From Myxococcota bacterium (GTDB lineage Bacteria > Myxococcota_A > UBA9160 > SMWR01), in contig JAYZFQ010000109.1 of NCBI GenBank assembly GCA_036336695.1, positions 8,619-72,618 on the forward strand: 64,000 bases of DNA. Reading direction: 5' to 3'. The position numbers were made by a program, and so were the translations under genes. A model generated the notes under the pieces. That model ran no database searches, had not been told where the DNA came from, and saw only the letters and a program-made list of their open reading frames with translations. Positions within the stretch are counted from its first letter, which is position 1; every line of letters begins with the position of its first letter. This document shows positions 1-8,623 of the stretch, in pieces.

Positions 1-829
1 GACCCTCCAACGCATCGGCCGACAACAGCCCCCCGTCCGTGGCCAACCAGAGCTTCTGGTGGGCAAACACCAGGCGCCGTGCGCGCGCACCGGGCGGAAG
101 CCCGGGCCGCACGCGGCGCCACGGCTCGGAAGGCGCGTCGCGAACGACGAACAGCGAGGGAAGCACGGCGACGACATCCAGCCCCGGCAACCCGAGCGCG
201 ACGTCCACGGACCCCGACGGATCGATCGCGGCCGGGAGGACGTGGCGCCGCGGTCGCCCGGCCTCGATCTCCTCGTGGCCGGCGCGAAGTTCGACGCTCC
301 AGAGGCGACCGCCGACGACGGCCCAGCAGTCGACCCCATTCTCATTCGGACGCAGCGCAACGGTGTAGGACGGTTCCGCGGGCCACCCCGCGGACGCGCG
401 TCTCCAGTGAACGGCATCCCGAGAGACGAAGACCCCCGCTCCCGTTGCCGCCGCGATGATGCCCCCCGCAACCCGGACCCGGTAGACGTCGCGGGCAGCG
501 GCCCCCGGTGCAGGCGCACGCGGGAAGGCGCGGCCCTCGCCATCGATTTCGAATACACCGTGCGGCGTCGCCGCCAGGAGGCGACCCGAAGGCCCGAACA
601 CGAGATCCCGGACGGGTCCTCGGCGGAGAACCTGCTCGAACGACTTCCCGGGCACACCCACGCGCGCACCGCGCGTGCCGCCCACGGCGAGCCGCCCTTG
701 CGCGCCGTCGAAAGAAAGGGCTCCGATGGCATCGCCGTGGTTCCCCGTCGCAACGAACTGCCAGGCGAGACCCTTGGCTTCGAGCCCCGGAAGCAGCGCG
801 GCCGCGCACAGGGCAACGACCGGCGCCAT
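1..829 (-). CDS. Secreted beta-propeller-like (WD40/BNR/YCF48-type) protein, 3' end outside the window
   Basis: Not in the ORF track. My minus-strand translation from ATG 829 (alternative in-frame ATG 874) is open to the window edge: MAPVVALCAAALLPGLEAKG (signal-like), then repeated blade-like motifs GRLAVGG, GRLLAATPHGVFEI, IAAATGAGVFVSRD, KLWLATDGGLL. Confidence 0.6.
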   Translation of the reverse strand, partial: MAPVVALCAAALLPGLEAKGLAWQFVATGNHGDAIGALSFDGAQGRLAVGGTRGARVGVPGKSFEQVLRRGPVRDLVFGPSGRLLAATPHGVFEIDGEGRAFPRAPAPGAAARDVYRVRVAGGIIAAATGAGVFVSRDAVHWRRASAGWPAEPSYTVALRPNENGVDCWAVVGGRLWSVELRAGHEEIEAGRPRRHVLPAAIDPSGSVDVALGLPGLDVVAVLPSLFVVRDAPSEPWRRVRPGLPPGARARRLVFAHQKLWLATDGGLLSADALEG

Positions 830-1045
830 CCTGAATCCGGAGCCGGGTCGGAATCGGGAATGCGCGAAAAACATCGCGGCTCCCGAGAGCAAGCCGCGTG
901 CCAGCAGGTGGTGCGTGGGAAGACGCTCAAGCCCGCCCGGCAGAACGGTTTCACCGGGCCCCGCCGCGCGCCCTGTGAACCAGGGGCCTCCCCGCACCGG
1001 CGACGCGAGTTGACGCTCCCGGAGAGGCCCCCGAAGATCTACCCC

Positions 1046-1924
1046 ATGAAGGTCCGGATCCTCCCCCTGGCCATCGCCGGGTTGTTCCTCGGACAACCCG
1101 CAGCCGCCGAACTCTGGATGTGGACCGATCCCGACGGGGCGATCCGGTACACGTCGGACCGGGCCCGGATCCCCGGCGCCCAGCGGGGCTCGGCGCTCCG
1201 CGTCGAAGCCGGCATGGTCCTCCCGGCCCCGGCGCCCACCGCCGAGGTCGCGGCCCCGGCAGCGGGGGTGCTGCTCGGTCCGCCCGATGAACTCGCGCTC
1301 GCGCCCGACCCCTTCAACGCCCCGGACCAGTTCCCCACCCTCGCCGTCGAGGAGGTGGTGGAAGTCGAGCGAACGGTCGTGGAAGAGCGCGTCGCACCCG
1401 TGGCGCTGGACACGCCCGCCCAAGGCGCCTCCGGCGAAACGACCGCGACCGAGGCCATTGCGGTATCGGAAACCACCGAGACCGCGGCCATCGCCGTGTC
1501 CGAAACCACCGAGACCGCAGCCATCGCCGTGTCCGAAACCACCGAGACCGCGGCCATCGCCGTGTCGGAAACGACCGCACCCGCCGCAGCCATCGCCGTG
1601 TCCGAAACCACCGAGACCGCGGCCGTCGCCGCGCCGGCAACGCCCACGGCACCGGCCGACGCGACGACGACCGCGGCGCTTGCGGCGGTCTCCGCTCCCC
1701 CGGCCACGGCGGGCACGCCCGAGTCCGAAAGCCGCATGGCAGAACTGCAACAACAGATCGCGCGGGACGAGGACGCACTGAAGACGCTGATCACCGACCC
1801 GGACGCCACGGACCTCGAAAATTCGCCCGAGTTGCACGAGATCGCCCGGCGGCTGCCCCGGCTCCAGGCGGAACTGCGCGCCCTCGAACGCGGCGAACCC
1901 GTCCCCGCGGAACAGGCCGAGTGA
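1046..1924 (+). CDS. DUF4124-like exported protein with low-complexity repeat linker and C-terminal coiled coil (292 aa)
   Basis: Signal peptide MKVRILPLAIAGLFLGQPAAA, then ELWMWTDPDGAIRYTSD (DUF4124-type Y/W-x-W-x-D-x-x-G motif). Its stop overlaps the cofD start (GTGA). Confidence 0.7.
   Translation: MKVRILPLAIAGLFLGQPAAAELWMWTDPDGAIRYTSDRARIPGAQRGSALRVEAGMVLPAPAPTAEVAAPAAGVLLGPPDELALAPDPFNAPDQFPTLAVEEVVEVERTVVEERVAPVALDTPAQGASGETTATEAIAVSETTETAAIAVSETTETAAIAVSETTETAAIAVSETTAPAAAIAVSETTETAAVAAPATPTAPADATTTAALAAVSAPPATAGTPESESRMAELQQQIARDEDALKTLITDPDATDLENSPELHEIARRLPRLQAELRALERGEPVPAEQAE
1454..1621 (+). repeat. In-frame tandem repeat, five units of 33-36 bp (AIAVSETTETA)
   Basis: Unit GCCATCGCCGTGTCCGAAACCACCGAGACCGCG repeated head to tail; one 36-bp variant unit. 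Confidence 0.95.
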
Positions 1925-2913
1925 GCGAAGCGCGCACCCCGGTCGCCGCCGCGACCCGCGGGAGCGAAGCGCCGACCCCGATCGTCGCCCTCGCCGGCGG
2001 TGTTGGCGCCGCGCGCTTCCTGTGCGGCCTGGCCCAGGTCGTGGATCCGAGCCAGGTGACGGCCATCGTGAATACCGGGGACGACCGGGTGTTCTACGGC
2101 GTCCACGTTTCGCCCGATATCGACATCGTGACCTACAGCCTGGCGGGACGCGTCAACCGGGAACGCGGCTTCGGACTCGAAGGCGACACCTTTGCAGTCA
2201 TCGAGGCCCTCGGTGCCCTGGGACACGAAACCTGGTTCCGGCTCGGCGACCGGGATTTCGCGACCTGCCAGCACCGCACCCAGCGCCTGGCCCAGGGCGC
2301 CGGCCTGGCCGCTGTCACTGACGAGATCCGCCGGTCGTTCGACGTCGCCATGCGGATCCTGCCCATGTCGGAGGCGCCCTGCCCCAGCATCGTGGTGCTC
2401 GGCGGAGGCCGGCGCCTGCACTTCGAGGAGTACATGGTGCGCGACGGCGCGCCGTCGGACGTGGAGGCCGTCGACCTCGCCGCGGCGGCAGACGCCGCGC
2501 CGGGTCCCGGCGTACTGGACGCACTCCGCGGCGCGCAGACGATCCTCCTGTGCCCGAGCAATCCGGTCGTTTCGATCGGACCGATCCTGGCGCTGCCGGG
2601 GGTCCGCGAGGCGATCGCCGCGAGCGGCGCACCGGTCGTCGCCGTGTCTCCCATCGTTGGGGGCGCACCGGTCAAGGGACCGGCCGACGCGCTGCTCCGC
2701 GGGATCGGCGCCGAAGTCTCGGCGCGCGGCGTGGCCCGCCTCTACGCGTCGTTCGTGAACGGGTTCGTGCTCGACCGCCGGGACGAAGCGGAACTTGCGG
2801 ACATCGAAGCGCTTGGCATTCGCGCGCGGTGCGTCGAGACCCTGCTGCGCGACACCGGTGTCGCCGCCGCCCTGGCGCGGTCGGCGCTCGACCTGGCCGA
2901 AGCGTTGCGATGA
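1921..2913 (+). CDS. cofD: 2-phospho-L-lactate transferase (F420 biosynthesis)
   Basis: LAGGVGAARFL, VNTGDD, VSPDIDIVTYSLAG, WFRLGDRD, PSNPVVSIGPIL, VKGPAD motifs of CofD/FbiA. Confidence 0.95.
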   Translation: MSEARTPVAAATRGSEAPTPIVALAGGVGAARFLCGLAQVVDPSQVTAIVNTGDDRVFYGVHVSPDIDIVTYSLAGRVNRERGFGLEGDTFAVIEALGALGHETWFRLGDRDFATCQHRTQRLAQGAGLAAVTDEIRRSFDVAMRILPMSEAPCPSIVVLGGGRRLHFEEYMVRDGAPSDVEAVDLAAAADAAPGPGVLDALRGAQTILLCPSNPVVSIGPILALPGVREAIAASGAPVVAVSPIVGGAPVKGPADALLRGIGAEVSARGVARLYASFVNGFVLDRRDEAELADIEALGIRARCVETLLRDTGVAAALARSALDLAEALR

Positions 2914-3545
2914 TCGCGGCGCTGGTTCCGATGAAATCCCTCGAAGGTTCCAAGTCGCGGCTCGCCCCCTACCTCGGGTCCGATGCAGCCCGCGGCTTGT
3001 CGCTGGCGATGCTCGAGGATGTCCTCGAAGCCCTCCTCGGGGTCCCCGAGGTCGAACGGGTCGCAGTCACGACCCCCGACGATGCCGTCGGGCAGGCCGC
3101 GGCGAACGCCGGCGCCGAGGCCCTGGTGCGCGCCGATCCCGGACTGAACCCGTCCATCGAGGCCGCTGCCGCCGAACTGCTGCCGAACACCGAGGACGGG
3201 TTGCTCGTGGTGCTCGGCGACGTCGCCGGCGCTTGCGCGGACGACCTCGCGCGTTTCCTCCGCGCGGCGCCCCGCCGCGGCATCGCCCTCGCGCCGTCGC
3301 TGGACGGCGGAACCTCCGCGCTCCTGCGCCGACCCCGCGACGTGATTCCGGCCGCTTTCGGAACCGAGAGCGCCAAACGCCACGTCGCCTACGCCGAGGC
3401 CGCGGGGGTAGAAGCACGGGAGCTGCCCCTTCCGTCGCTCCGGCACGACCTGGACGCCCCCGAGGACCTCGACGCCTTCCTCGCCACACCCTGGGGTGGC
3501 GCGCGGACCCGCGCGTTCCTCCGCGAGTTCGGGAAAGGCCGGTGA
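2910..3545 (+). CDS. cofC: Phospholactate/PEP guanylyltransferase (F420 biosynthesis)
   Basis: ALVPMKSLEGSKSRL, AMLEDV, GLN, DGGTSAL, FG..S..H, DLDAPEDL motifs of CofC/FbiD; ATGA overlap with cofD. Confidence 0.9.
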   Translation: MIAALVPMKSLEGSKSRLAPYLGSDAARGLSLAMLEDVLEALLGVPEVERVAVTTPDDAVGQAAANAGAEALVRADPGLNPSIEAAAAELLPNTEDGLLVVLGDVAGACADDLARFLRAAPRRGIALAPSLDGGTSALLRRPRDVIPAAFGTESAKRHVAYAEAAGVEARELPLPSLRHDLDAPEDLDAFLATPWGGARTRAFLREFGKGR

Positions 3546-4297
3546 CCCCCCCGCCCCCGCTCCGCCTCGTCCCGCTTCCGGGCATTCCCCTCGTGCAACC
3601 CGGGGACGACCTGGCGGCACTCGTGCAGGAAGCTGGAGAACGCGCGGGCACGCGACTCGCAGACGGCCACCTCGTCGTCTGCCAGAAGGTGGTGTCCAAG
3701 GCCGAGGGCCGCAGCGTCGACCTGCGAAGCGTCACGCCTTCCGAAACCGCCCAGACGATCGCGCGCGAGGACGGCAAGGACCCGCGGCAGGTCGAAGTCG
3801 TGCTCGGAGAAAGTGTGCGCATCGTGCGCCGGGGTCACGGGGTGCTGATCACCGAGACGCGTCACGGCTTCGTGTGCGCGAATGCCGGCGTCGACCTCTC
3901 GAACGCACCGGGCGACGATGTCGCGGTGCTCCTGCCGATCGACCCCGACGCCTCGGCCGAGCGCCTGCGCCGCGGGCTGGAAGCCCTGGGGGCGGGCCCG
4001 CTCGGTGTCGTCGTCAGCGACACCTTCGGCCGGCCCTGGCGCGAAGGTCTCGTCGACGTCGCCATCGGTTGCTCGGGGTTCGCCCCGATCACCGACGCCC
4101 GGGGCGGAACCGATCTCGGCGGACGCGAACTCCAGGTGACCGCCATGGCGACTGCCGATCAGCTCGCCGCCGCTGCCGGCCTGCTGATGGGGAAAGGCGC
4201 CGGGATCCCGGCCGTCTGGATCGAGGGCGCTGACCTCACCGGGGCCGGCACACTGGGCGAAACGATCCGCACCCCCGACGGCGACCTGTTCCGCTGA
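3542..4297 (+). CDS. cofE: Coenzyme F420-0:L-glutamate ligase (single domain)
   Basis: GIPLVQPGDDL, QKVVSKAEGR, GFVCANAGVDLSN, SDTFGRPWREG, DLFR end; GTGA overlap with cofC. Confidence 0.95.
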   Translation: MTPPPPLRLVPLPGIPLVQPGDDLAALVQEAGERAGTRLADGHLVVCQKVVSKAEGRSVDLRSVTPSETAQTIAREDGKDPRQVEVVLGESVRIVRRGHGVLITETRHGFVCANAGVDLSNAPGDDVAVLLPIDPDASAERLRRGLEALGAGPLGVVVSDTFGRPWREGLVDVAIGCSGFAPITDARGGTDLGGRELQVTAMATADQLAAAAGLLMGKGAGIPAVWIEGADLTGAGTLGETIRTPDGDLFR

Positions 4298-4305
4298 ACC
4301 GCAGC

Positions 4306-4893
4306 CTACACGTGGGCGTCGATGACTTCCCAGAGGTCGGAGATGCCGAGCTTCTTCTCGGCCGAAGTGGCGACGACCCGCGCCGCCGGCAAACCGAGCC
4401 CCCCGCGGAGTTCGCGGATCCGGGCCGCGCGACGCATCGGTTTCAGCTTGTCGCACTTCGTCAGGGCCACGACCGCGGGAACCTCGCGCTCCGCGAGCCA
4501 GTCGAGGAGGAGTGTCTCGTCGTCGGACACGTCGCGCCGGAGATCCTGCAACAGCACCGCGAGGCGCAGGGTCTCGCGGTCGCCGAGGTAGGCCTCGACG
4601 ACGCCCTGCCAACGGCGACGTTCCTCGCGGGCAACCTTCGCGTAGCCGTAGCCCGGCAAATCGACGAACCAGAGTTCCCCGTCGCCGCGCGTCACGCGGT
4701 ACCAGTGCAGGAGCCGGGTCTTGCCCGGCGTCGCGCTCGTGCGCGCCAGGGCCCGCCGCTGGACGAGCCCGTTCAACAGACTCGACTTCCCGACGTTCGA
4801 GCGGCCCAGGAACGCCACTTCCGGCGCTCCCGTTTCGGGAAACCCGGCCGGCGCCGCCGCGGCGCCGATGTGCTCGGCTTGCTTGATCTTCAC
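4306..4893 (-). CDS. engB: Ribosome biogenesis GTPase YihA/YsxC
   Basis: GRSNVGKSS, TPGKT, DLPGYGYAK, TKCDK GTPase motifs. Confidence 0.95.
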   Translation of the reverse strand: MKIKQAEHIGAAAAPAGFPETGAPEVAFLGRSNVGKSSLLNGLVQRRALARTSATPGKTRLLHWYRVTRGDGELWFVDLPGYGYAKVAREERRRWQGVVEAYLGDRETLRLAVLLQDLRRDVSDDETLLLDWLAEREVPAVVALTKCDKLKPMRRAARIRELRGGLGLPAARVVATSAEKKLGISDLWEVIDAHV

Positions 4894-6044
4894 GTGCGCC
4901 CCCGGAGCGCCCGACCGAGGCGTTCGAGGGCTTCGCCGAGCGAAGCCTCGGACGCGGCGCTGCAGAAACGCAACCAGCCTTCACCCGCCGCTCCGAAATC
5001 GACGCCGGGACACGTACCGACCTGGGCGCGCTCCAGGAGGTCGAAGGCCAGAGCCCGCGAATCGTTTCCGAAGGCCCGCGCGTCGGCGAACACGTAGAAG
5101 GCGCCCTGGGGCAGCGTCGGGATGCGAAATCCCAGGTCGCGCAGACCGTCGACGAGTTGGTGGCGACGGGCGTCGTAGGCGACGCACATCGACGCGACGG
5201 TGTCCGCACCCTGTCGAAGCGCCGCGATTCCGGCGTGCTGCACGAAACGGTTGGCGGAGATGAAAAGATTCTGTTGCAGCACCTGCAGCCGACGCATCGC
5301 GGCCGGCGGCGCAATGACCCAACCGACACGAAAGCCCGTCATGGCGTAGCGCTTCGACAGGCCGTCGAGCACGAAGGCGGTGTCGCTCACTTCGAGGGCA
5401 GAGGTCACCGCGACATTGTCGTAGACGAGACCGTCGTAGATCTCGTCGGAAACCAGCGGCGGACCCAGTTCGGCGAGCGCCGCCAGCGTCTCGGCAGACT
5501 GCACGGCACCGGTCGGGTTGGCGGGCGAATTGACCACGATGGCCCGCGTCCGCGGACTCAACGCGCGGCCCACCGCATCGGGATCGAGCCGGTAGCCTTC
5601 CTCGGGCCGCGTCGGCACGAGCACGGGCGTCCCGCCGCAGGCACGCACGAAGTTCGGGTAACACGGGTAATGGGGCGTGCCGATCACCACCTCGTCTCCG
5701 GGATCGACGAGCAGGGAAAACACGAGCAGCATCGCCGTCGACGTTCCGCTGGTGACGAGGACGCGCTCGGGATCGACCGGGGTCCCGAAACGCTTGCCGT
5801 GATCCTCCGCCACCGCAGCGCGCAGTTCCGGCAGGCCGCGGCTGTCGGTGTACTGGGTCTCGCCGTTTTCCAGCGCCCGCACGCAGGCGTCGACGGCGGC
5901 CTGGGGCGGAGGAAAATCGGGCTCCCCGATCTCGAGGTGCACCACCGGGGTGCCCGCCCGTTCCATGGCGAAGGCCCGCTCCATCACCTCCATGGCCAGG
6001 AAGGGCTCGACCGCCTGGGCTCGGGACGTGAAGTGCAACGCCAT
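4890..6044 (-). CDS. PLP-dependent class I/II aminotransferase
   Basis: LEIGEPDF, NSPANPTG, SDEIY, GLSKRYAMTGFRVGW; start taken as MALHFTS (6044). Confidence 0.9.
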   Translation of the reverse strand: MALHFTSRAQAVEPFLAMEVMERAFAMERAGTPVVHLEIGEPDFPPPQAAVDACVRALENGETQYTDSRGLPELRAAVAEDHGKRFGTPVDPERVLVTSGTSTAMLLVFSLLVDPGDEVVIGTPHYPCYPNFVRACGGTPVLVPTRPEEGYRLDPDAVGRALSPRTRAIVVNSPANPTGAVQSAETLAALAELGPPLVSDEIYDGLVYDNVAVTSALEVSDTAFVLDGLSKRYAMTGFRVGWVIAPPAAMRRLQVLQQNLFISANRFVQHAGIAALRQGADTVASMCVAYDARRHQLVDGLRDLGFRIPTLPQGAFYVFADARAFGNDSRALAFDLLERAQVGTCPGVDFGAAGEGWLRFCSAASEASLGEALERLGRALRGRT

Positions 6045-6133
6045 GTCCCCCGGGGTAGCCGCGCGGGGCCGCCTCGTCAACTGCCAGAGTGACAGAAACC
6101 ATTGAAATTCCGCCACTTTTCTGGTTTTCGCCT

Positions 6134-6162
6134 TTGACGGCCCCCGGATACTCGGATAATCT
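6134..6162 (+). promoter_or_regulatory. Sigma70-type promoter for the ccm operon, probably leaderless
   Basis: TTGACG-17 nt-TAATCT, ending 8 nt before the ccmE GTG; no Shine-Dalgarno. Confidence 0.55.
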
Positions 6163-6170
6163 GTAACGCC

Positions 6171-6617
6171 GTGTCAAAAGGAACACAGGTCGCCCTCGGC
6201 GCCTCGGTAATTGCCCTGCTCTTGGCCTGGTACACGGCCACGAACCTGGAGGCTGCCGCTTCCTTTACCTATTTCCAGGACCTCGACGATTTCCGGGCAG
6301 TCGAGGCCGAGCAAGTCGGCGCCTCGACCCGGGTGCACGGCTACGTGGCGATCGGGTCGATCGAGCGCGACGTCGCCTCCAAACAGGTCGCCTTCGCCAT
6401 CGTGAACGACCCGCCCCACGCCGGCGGCACCGGTCCCGCGTTCCCTGTGGTCTTCGCGAGCCTCGAGACCCCCGACATGTTCAAGGACGGCGCCGAGGTC
6501 GTGGTCGAAGGCGCCCTGACCCAGGTCGGCGGCCCCTTCCGCGCGGACAAAGTCCTCGCGAAGTGCCCGTCGAAGTTCGAGGGAGCGGACCCGGCGGAAA
6601 TGCCGGCTTCGCTCTAG
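6171..6617 (+). CDS. ccmE: Heme chaperone CcmE, Cys-type
   Basis: N-terminal TM; PDMFKDGAEVVVEG; heme-binding site VLAKCPSKF. Confidence 0.9.
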   Translation: MSKGTQVALGASVIALLLAWYTATNLEAAASFTYFQDLDDFRAVEAEQVGASTRVHGYVAIGSIERDVASKQVAFAIVNDPPHAGGTGPAFPVVFASLETPDMFKDGAEVVVEGALTQVGGPFRADKVLAKCPSKFEGADPAEMPASL

Positions 6618-6622
6618 TCCCC

Positions 6623-8623
6623 GTGTCGGAACTGGGCGCGCTTTCGCTCCGATTCGCGTTTCCCGTGGCGCTCTTCGGAATGGCCGCCGGTATCGCTGCC
6701 GGCATCACGAAACGCCCGGAGTGGACGCGGGTTGCGGAACGCTCGGTCCTGGTGGTGACCGGACTGGTCACGTTCGCGATGCTGGCGCTCTTCTACGCCT
6801 TCGCCATCGGCGACTACCAGCTGACCTACGTCGCGGCGAACTCTTCGCGAGACATGGTGCTGACCTATCGCCTGGCCGCGCTCTGGGGCGGTCAGTCGGG
6901 TTCCCTGCTCCTCTGGCTCTGGATGCTGCTCGCCTACAGCGCGGCTTGCGTCCTGACCCAGCGCCGGCAGAACCGCAACCTCATGCCCTGGGTGTCCGCC
7001 GTGTTCCTGGCGAACACCGTGTTCTTCCTGGTCCTGCTCGTATTCATTACGGACCCCTTCGAAAAGCTCCCGCCCTCCCACGTGCTCTCCGATGGGGCGG
7101 GCCTCAACCCGCTGCTCCAGCACCCGGTGATGATGATCCACCCCCTGATGCTCTATGTCGGGCTCGTGGGCTTCGTGGTGCCCTTTGCCTTCGCCGTTGC
7201 GGCGCTCATCACCGGGGAGCTCGGCACCACCTGGTTCCGCACGACCCGGCGGTGGACGCTCTTCGCCTGGCTCTTCCTCTCCATCGGCATCCTGCTCGGC
7301 GGACGCTGGGCCTACGAGGTGCTCGGGTGGGGCGGATACTGGGCCTGGGATCCCGTCGAGAACGCGTCGTTCATGCCCTGGCTCCCGGCCACCGCGTACC
7401 TCCATTCCGTGATGATCCAGGAAAAGCGCAACATGCTGAAGACCTGGAATCTCCTGCTCATCGGACTCACCTACACGCTGTGCCTGTTCGGGACCTTCCT
7501 CACCCGAAGCGGCATCGTCCAGTCCGTCCACGCCTTCGCCCAGAACCCGGTCTTCAAGTCGATCTTCCTGGGCTACGTCCTGATCAGCGCGTCCTTGTTC
7601 CTCGCCGCCCTGCTCTATCGGCGCGAAGACCTCACCGGAGGCAAGCCGCTCGAATCCGTCATGTCCCGAGAAGCGAGTTTCCTCCTCAACAACTGGGCGT
7701 TCATCGCCATCCTGGTCGTCGTGTTCATCGGCACGCTCTTCCCGGTGTTCTCGGAACTCCTCGGAGACCGGCAGATCGTGTGGGGACCCACGTTCTACAA
7801 CCAGCTGCTCGGCCCCTTCGGCGTCTTCCTCTTGCTGCTGACGGGCGTCGGCCCCCTGATCGCCTGGCGACGCGCGTCGCCGGCGCTCTTGCGGCGACAA
7901 TTCGCCATTCCGACTTCCGTCGGCTTCGCGGCGGGAATCGTGAGCTTCTTGCTGGTTCGAAACCAGATCACGGAGTGGACCCTCACCGACCTGTACGGCG
8001 TTGCGACCTGGGGCATCGCGGCCTTCGTGATCGCGACCATCGTCCAGGAGTACACCCGTGCGATCCGCGTGAGAACGCGCAAGAGCGATGAGAACCCCTT
8101 CCAGGCCTTCGCGGCGCTGCTGCGCAAGAACCAGCAGCGCTACGGGGGCTACATCGTGCACCTGGGCATCGTGCTGCTGATGATCGGCGTCGCGGGCTCG
8201 ATCCTGGAAGAAGAGAAGCTCGAGAACGTGGAACCCGGTGGCGATGTCTTCGTGCACGACTACAGGCTCCAGTACCTCACCGCCGAAGTCGTTCCCGCCC
8301 AACACTACGGCGGCGCACGGGCGCGGCTCGCCCTGTTCCGGGGCGACAACCCCCTGGGCGTGATGACGCCGGAAAAACGCATGTACTGGCTCCAGGAGCA
8401 GCCGGCGTCGATCCCATCGGTCTACTCGACACTCCAGGAAGATCTCTACGTCCTCCTCACCGCCTTGGAAACGGACGGCTCGGCAACGCGCAAGATCCAC
8501 CGCAACCCGCTGGTAAACTGGGTCTGGATCGGGGGGGTCGTGTTCGTCATCGGGACGCTGATCGTGATGTGGCCGAACCCCCAGCGCGGGGGCCGAGGCC
8601 CTGGGGAACCCCGGACCTCGTGA
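6623..8623 (+). CDS. ccmF: Cytochrome c heme lyase CcmF
   Basis: WGGQSGSLLLW, GLNPLLQHP..IHPLMLY, WAYEVLGWGGYWAWDPVENAS, TRSGIVQSVHAF. Confidence 0.97.
   Translation: MSELGALSLRFAFPVALFGMAAGIAAGITKRPEWTRVAERSVLVVTGLVTFAMLALFYAFAIGDYQLTYVAANSSRDMVLTYRLAALWGGQSGSLLLWLWMLLAYSAACVLTQRRQNRNLMPWVSAVFLANTVFFLVLLVFITDPFEKLPPSHVLSDGAGLNPLLQHPVMMIHPLMLYVGLVGFVVPFAFAVAALITGELGTTWFRTTRRWTLFAWLFLSIGILLGGRWAYEVLGWGGYWAWDPVENASFMPWLPATAYLHSVMIQEKRNMLKTWNLLLIGLTYTLCLFGTFLTRSGIVQSVHAFAQNPVFKSIFLGYVLISASLFLAALLYRREDLTGGKPLESVMSREASFLLNNWAFIAILVVVFIGTLFPVFSELLGDRQIVWGPTFYNQLLGPFGVFLLLLTGVGPLIAWRRASPALLRRQFAIPTSVGFAAGIVSFLLVRNQITEWTLTDLYGVATWGIAAFVIATIVQEYTRAIRVRTRKSDENPFQAFAALLRKNQQRYGGYIVHLGIVLLMIGVAGSILEEEKLENVEPGGDVFVHDYRLQYLTAEVVPAQHYGGARARLALFRGDNPLGVMTPEKRMYWLQEQPASIPSVYSTLQEDLYVLLTALETDGSATRKIHRNPLVNWVWIGGVVFVIGTLIVMWPNPQRGGRGPGEPRTS

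Noticed and set aside
59..1045. N-terminal half of the 621-aa plus-strand ORF
   Set aside because: Shadow of the minus-strand beta-propeller gene; the signal peptide indicates a start at 1046.
1454..1621. 33-bp repeats as a CRISPR array
   Set aside because: Head-to-tail with no unique spacers, in frame within a CDS, and no cas genes.
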